Assembly (NCBI GenBank): GCA_043754515.1
Contig: JAYUUO010000010.1
Coordinates: forward strand, 1-19,489
Direction: 5' to 3'
Length of the DNA stretch: 19,489 bases
DNA from: Armatimonadota bacterium
GTDB taxonomy: Bacteria; Armatimonadota; Armatimonadia; Armatimonadales; Armatimonadaceae
The notes beneath the pieces were generated by a model. That model was not told the DNA's origin. It worked only from the letters and a program-made list of their open reading frames with translations, and did no database searches. The position numbers were made by a program, and so were the translations under genes. Positions 17,097-19,489 of this stretch are shown here, in pieces. Each line of letters begins with the position of its first letter. Positions within the stretch are counted from its first letter, which is position 1.

Positions 17097-17792
17097 CTAC
17101 CAGCGCGGCGAGTGGTTTGGCCCCGCTTCGGCGGACAGTTCGGCGACGACGCGGGCGAACTCGCCGGTGAGTCTGCCTAAGCCGGGATGCGTTCGCGTCA
17201 CGGCGGCGGCTTGATAGGCCCCCGCGAGGGCCTCGTAATACCGGAGCGTCTCATCCCGCCCCGGCTTGAACCGCGACCACAAGCCCGCCTCGGCGGCTCC
17301 GGCGTCCGCCGCCCCCTTCGCCGCCCGCAGATCGTCTAATATAGCCTGCGCGTTGTGCCGTTTATCCGACGCGGAGACCAGAAGTACGCTCACGCTCTCG
17401 CTGGGCAGATGCCGGACGTAGGTTTCCTTCCGACCCCGCCATGTCAGTAGTGGGGTGCCGTCCTCGGCGAGGCTCCAGCGGTCGCCGTCCGTACAGGCGG
17501 CGACTATGTGGGCGACGTCCGGCCCGAACCGCGCCTCAATGTCCGCTAGCCGGGGTAAGCCGCCCTGATCCTCGACCGCGTCGTGCAGTAGCGCGGCGGT
17601 CGCCTCCGTCTCCCCACCACCGTGTTCTAGCACGAGAGCGGTGACACCGAGTAGATGCGCGACGTAGGGGATCGCGGGACTGCCCGGCCCCCCGACGCCT
17701 TGGGTGCCTTTGCGAATCTGGGTCGCGTGCAAACCCGTGGCGTACGCGAGTGCCTCCGTAAAGCGTGATCCGAGCGGGAGATAATCCGTCAT
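17097..17792 (-). CDS. HD-domain hydrolase, Mesh1/small alarmone hydrolase-like
   Basis: F.EAL.YA..LH..QIRKG...PYVAHL, AALLHDAVED, FG.DVA.IV..CTD, W..RK, SDK.HN. Confidence 0.85.
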   Translation of the reverse strand: MTDYLPLGSRFTEALAYATGLHATQIRKGTQGVGGPGSPAIPYVAHLLGVTALVLEHGGGETEATAALLHDAVEDQGGLPRLADIEARFGPDVAHIVAACTDGDRWSLAEDGTPLLTWRGRKETYVRHLPSESVSVLLVSASDKRHNAQAILDDLRAAKGAADAGAAEAGLWSRFKPGRDETLRYYEALAGAYQAAAVTRTHPGLGRLTGEFARVVAELSAEAGPNHSPRW

Positions 17793-17913
17793 GGTTGGTG
17801 CCTTTGTTCGTTTAGTCGACGCGGTTGCCCCGCCGTGCTTTTATCCGGGGATATGCTTCTGTATTATCACGGCGGGGGGTACCCGACCACCGCGCTCGCG
17901 ATATAATGGGCGA

Positions 17914-19272
17914 ATGAGTTCTTACGGTAATCAGGGCGAAGAAGTGATCGTATTGGGGGCGGGTATGGCGGGGAGCGAAGCGGCGTGGCAAGCCGCGCGG
18001 CGCGGTGCCCGCGTCCGGCTGGTCGAGATGCGGCCGGTCCGCCAGTCCCCCGCGCACCAGACCGACAAAGCGGCAGAGATCGTCTGCTCCAACTCGTTTA
18101 AATCGAACCACCTATCGAACGCCTCGGGCGTGCTGAAAGAGGAGATGCGGCGGCTCGACTCGCTGATCGTCTCCTGCGCCGACCAGACCGCCGTGCCCGC
18201 CGGGGAGGCACTCGCGGTTGACCGGGACGCCTTTTCCGAACTCGTGACCCGTCGCCTCGAAAGCCACCCCAATATCACGTTCGTCCGCGCGGAGGCGACC
18301 GACATATCGCCGGACGCGGTGACCGTTATCGCGACCGGCCCGCTCACCAGCGACGCGCTCGCGGCGCGGATCGGCGAACTCACCGGGCGGTACGACCTGT
18401 ACTTCTACGACGCCGTGGCACCGATCATAGACGCGAGCACGATAGACTATTCCAAAGTTTTCCGCGCCTCGCGCCGTGGCAAAGGGCTCGAGACCGACGG
18501 GAGCGATGACGCGGCCTACCTGAACTGCCCGCTAAACCGCGAGGAGTACGAGAACATCGTCGCCGAGATCGCGGGCGCGGAGAAGGCACCAATCCATGAC
18601 TTCGAGGACGTGAAGTATTTCGAGGCGTGCCTTCCAGTCGAAGAACTCGCCGCGCGCGGCCCGCGCACCCTGGCATTCGGGCCGCTCAAGCCGGTCGGCC
18701 TGACCGACCCGCGTACCGGCCGGTGGCCGCACGCCGTGGTCCAGTTGCGCCAGGAAAATAGCGCGGGCACCCTGTTCAACATGGTGGGCTTTCAGACGCG
18801 CCTTAAGTGGGGCGAGCAGAAGCGCATCTTCCGTATGATCCCCGGACTCGAAAGTGCCGAGTTCGTCCGGTTCGGCGTGATGCACCGCAACACCTACATA
18901 CACTCCCCGACTCTGCTCGACGCCTCGCTCCGACTCCGCTCCGCGCCCAGCCTGTTTTTCGCCGGACAGATCGTGGGCGTCGAGGGCTACCTAGAGTCCG
19001 CCGCGATGGGGATGATCGCCGGGATCAACGCGGCGCGGCTGGCGGCGAAGGCGGAGCCGCTTCAGTTCCCGCCCGACACGATCCTCGGCTCGCTTACGCA
19101 GTATGTGAGTGCGTACGAAGGCAAGCAGTTCGCGCCGATGAACGCCTGCTGGGGTATCTTGCCGCCGCTCGCGGGGGATCGAGTGCGCGACAAGAAGGAA
19201 CGCGGGACGCTGATGGGACAACGCGCCCTGTGCTCGTTCGACGCCTTCTCGGAGCGGGAAAATCTCCGCTGA
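17914..19272 (+). CDS. trmFO: FAD/folate-dependent tRNA m5U54 methyltransferase TrmFO (Gid)
   Basis: GAGMAGSEAAWQ, EMRP, AEIVCSNS, VPAG.ALAVDR, FYDAVAP, YFEACLPVEELA, GPLKPVGL, NMVGFQTRLKWGEQKR, FGVMHRNTY, GVEGYLES. Confidence 0.96.
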   Translation: MSSYGNQGEEVIVLGAGMAGSEAAWQAARRGARVRLVEMRPVRQSPAHQTDKAAEIVCSNSFKSNHLSNASGVLKEEMRRLDSLIVSCADQTAVPAGEALAVDRDAFSELVTRRLESHPNITFVRAEATDISPDAVTVIATGPLTSDALAARIGELTGRYDLYFYDAVAPIIDASTIDYSKVFRASRRGKGLETDGSDDAAYLNCPLNREEYENIVAEIAGAEKAPIHDFEDVKYFEACLPVEELAARGPRTLAFGPLKPVGLTDPRTGRWPHAVVQLRQENSAGTLFNMVGFQTRLKWGEQKRIFRMIPGLESAEFVRFGVMHRNTYIHSPTLLDASLRLRSAPSLFFAGQIVGVEGYLESAAMGMIAGINAARLAAKAEPLQFPPDTILGSLTQYVSAYEGKQFAPMNACWGILPPLAGDRVRDKKERGTLMGQRALCSFDAFSERENLR

Positions 19273-19414
19273 CGCGCGAATAATGTTTGCCCGTCATGGT
19301 ACGTTGCGTCATTGTTTCTCGTCCCCCGGCATCGGCGCGGGGGACACCGACTCGCTGGCGCGGCAAGAAACGACCCCACCTAGTTGGTCTCATTAACTAA
19401 ACCCGAATCTTGAG

Positions 19415-19489
19415 TTGAAACAAGTCGGTCATCCCGATGTAGAATGAAGTCGCCAAACTTTAGCCCTACAAAAGGATGACATCCCATGC
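19415..19489 (+). promoter_or_regulatory. Possible promoter, RBS and start codon of a gene beyond the window
   Basis: TTGAAA...TAGAAT (19440-19445; long 19-nt spacer), AAAGGA, ATG at 19486. Confidence 0.35.

Overview
GC-rich bacterial chromosomal window, mostly housekeeping and accessory genes; the gene style is reminiscent of Armatimonadota, but this is only an impression. No integrase, transposase, CRISPR array or rRNA was found. In order: a frameshifted DUF1573/Ig-like surface-protein gene, RimJ/RimL GNAT, tRNA-Pro(GGG), S66 LD-carboxypeptidase, HAD phosphatase, an MIO-dependent ammonia-lyase with tyrosine-lyase signatures, a catalytically degenerate SGNH protein, UDP-glucuronate decarboxylase, an R2K-type ATP-grasp pseudogene, a SAM methyltransferase, a Uma2 nuclease, a lone leuC, a SigB/F/G-type sigma factor fused to a degenerate GGDEF domain, pilT-pilC, two tandem lipoprotein matrixin-like metalloproteases, an HD (Mesh1/SAH-like) hydrolase and trmFO. 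The strongest candidate for a novel system is the sigma-GGDEF fusion. It keeps the RxxD c-di-GMP-binding site, has lost the catalytic site, and is divergently transcribed from pilT-pilC across a region with sigma54-type promoter motifs. All family calls come from motif recognition; no database search was run.
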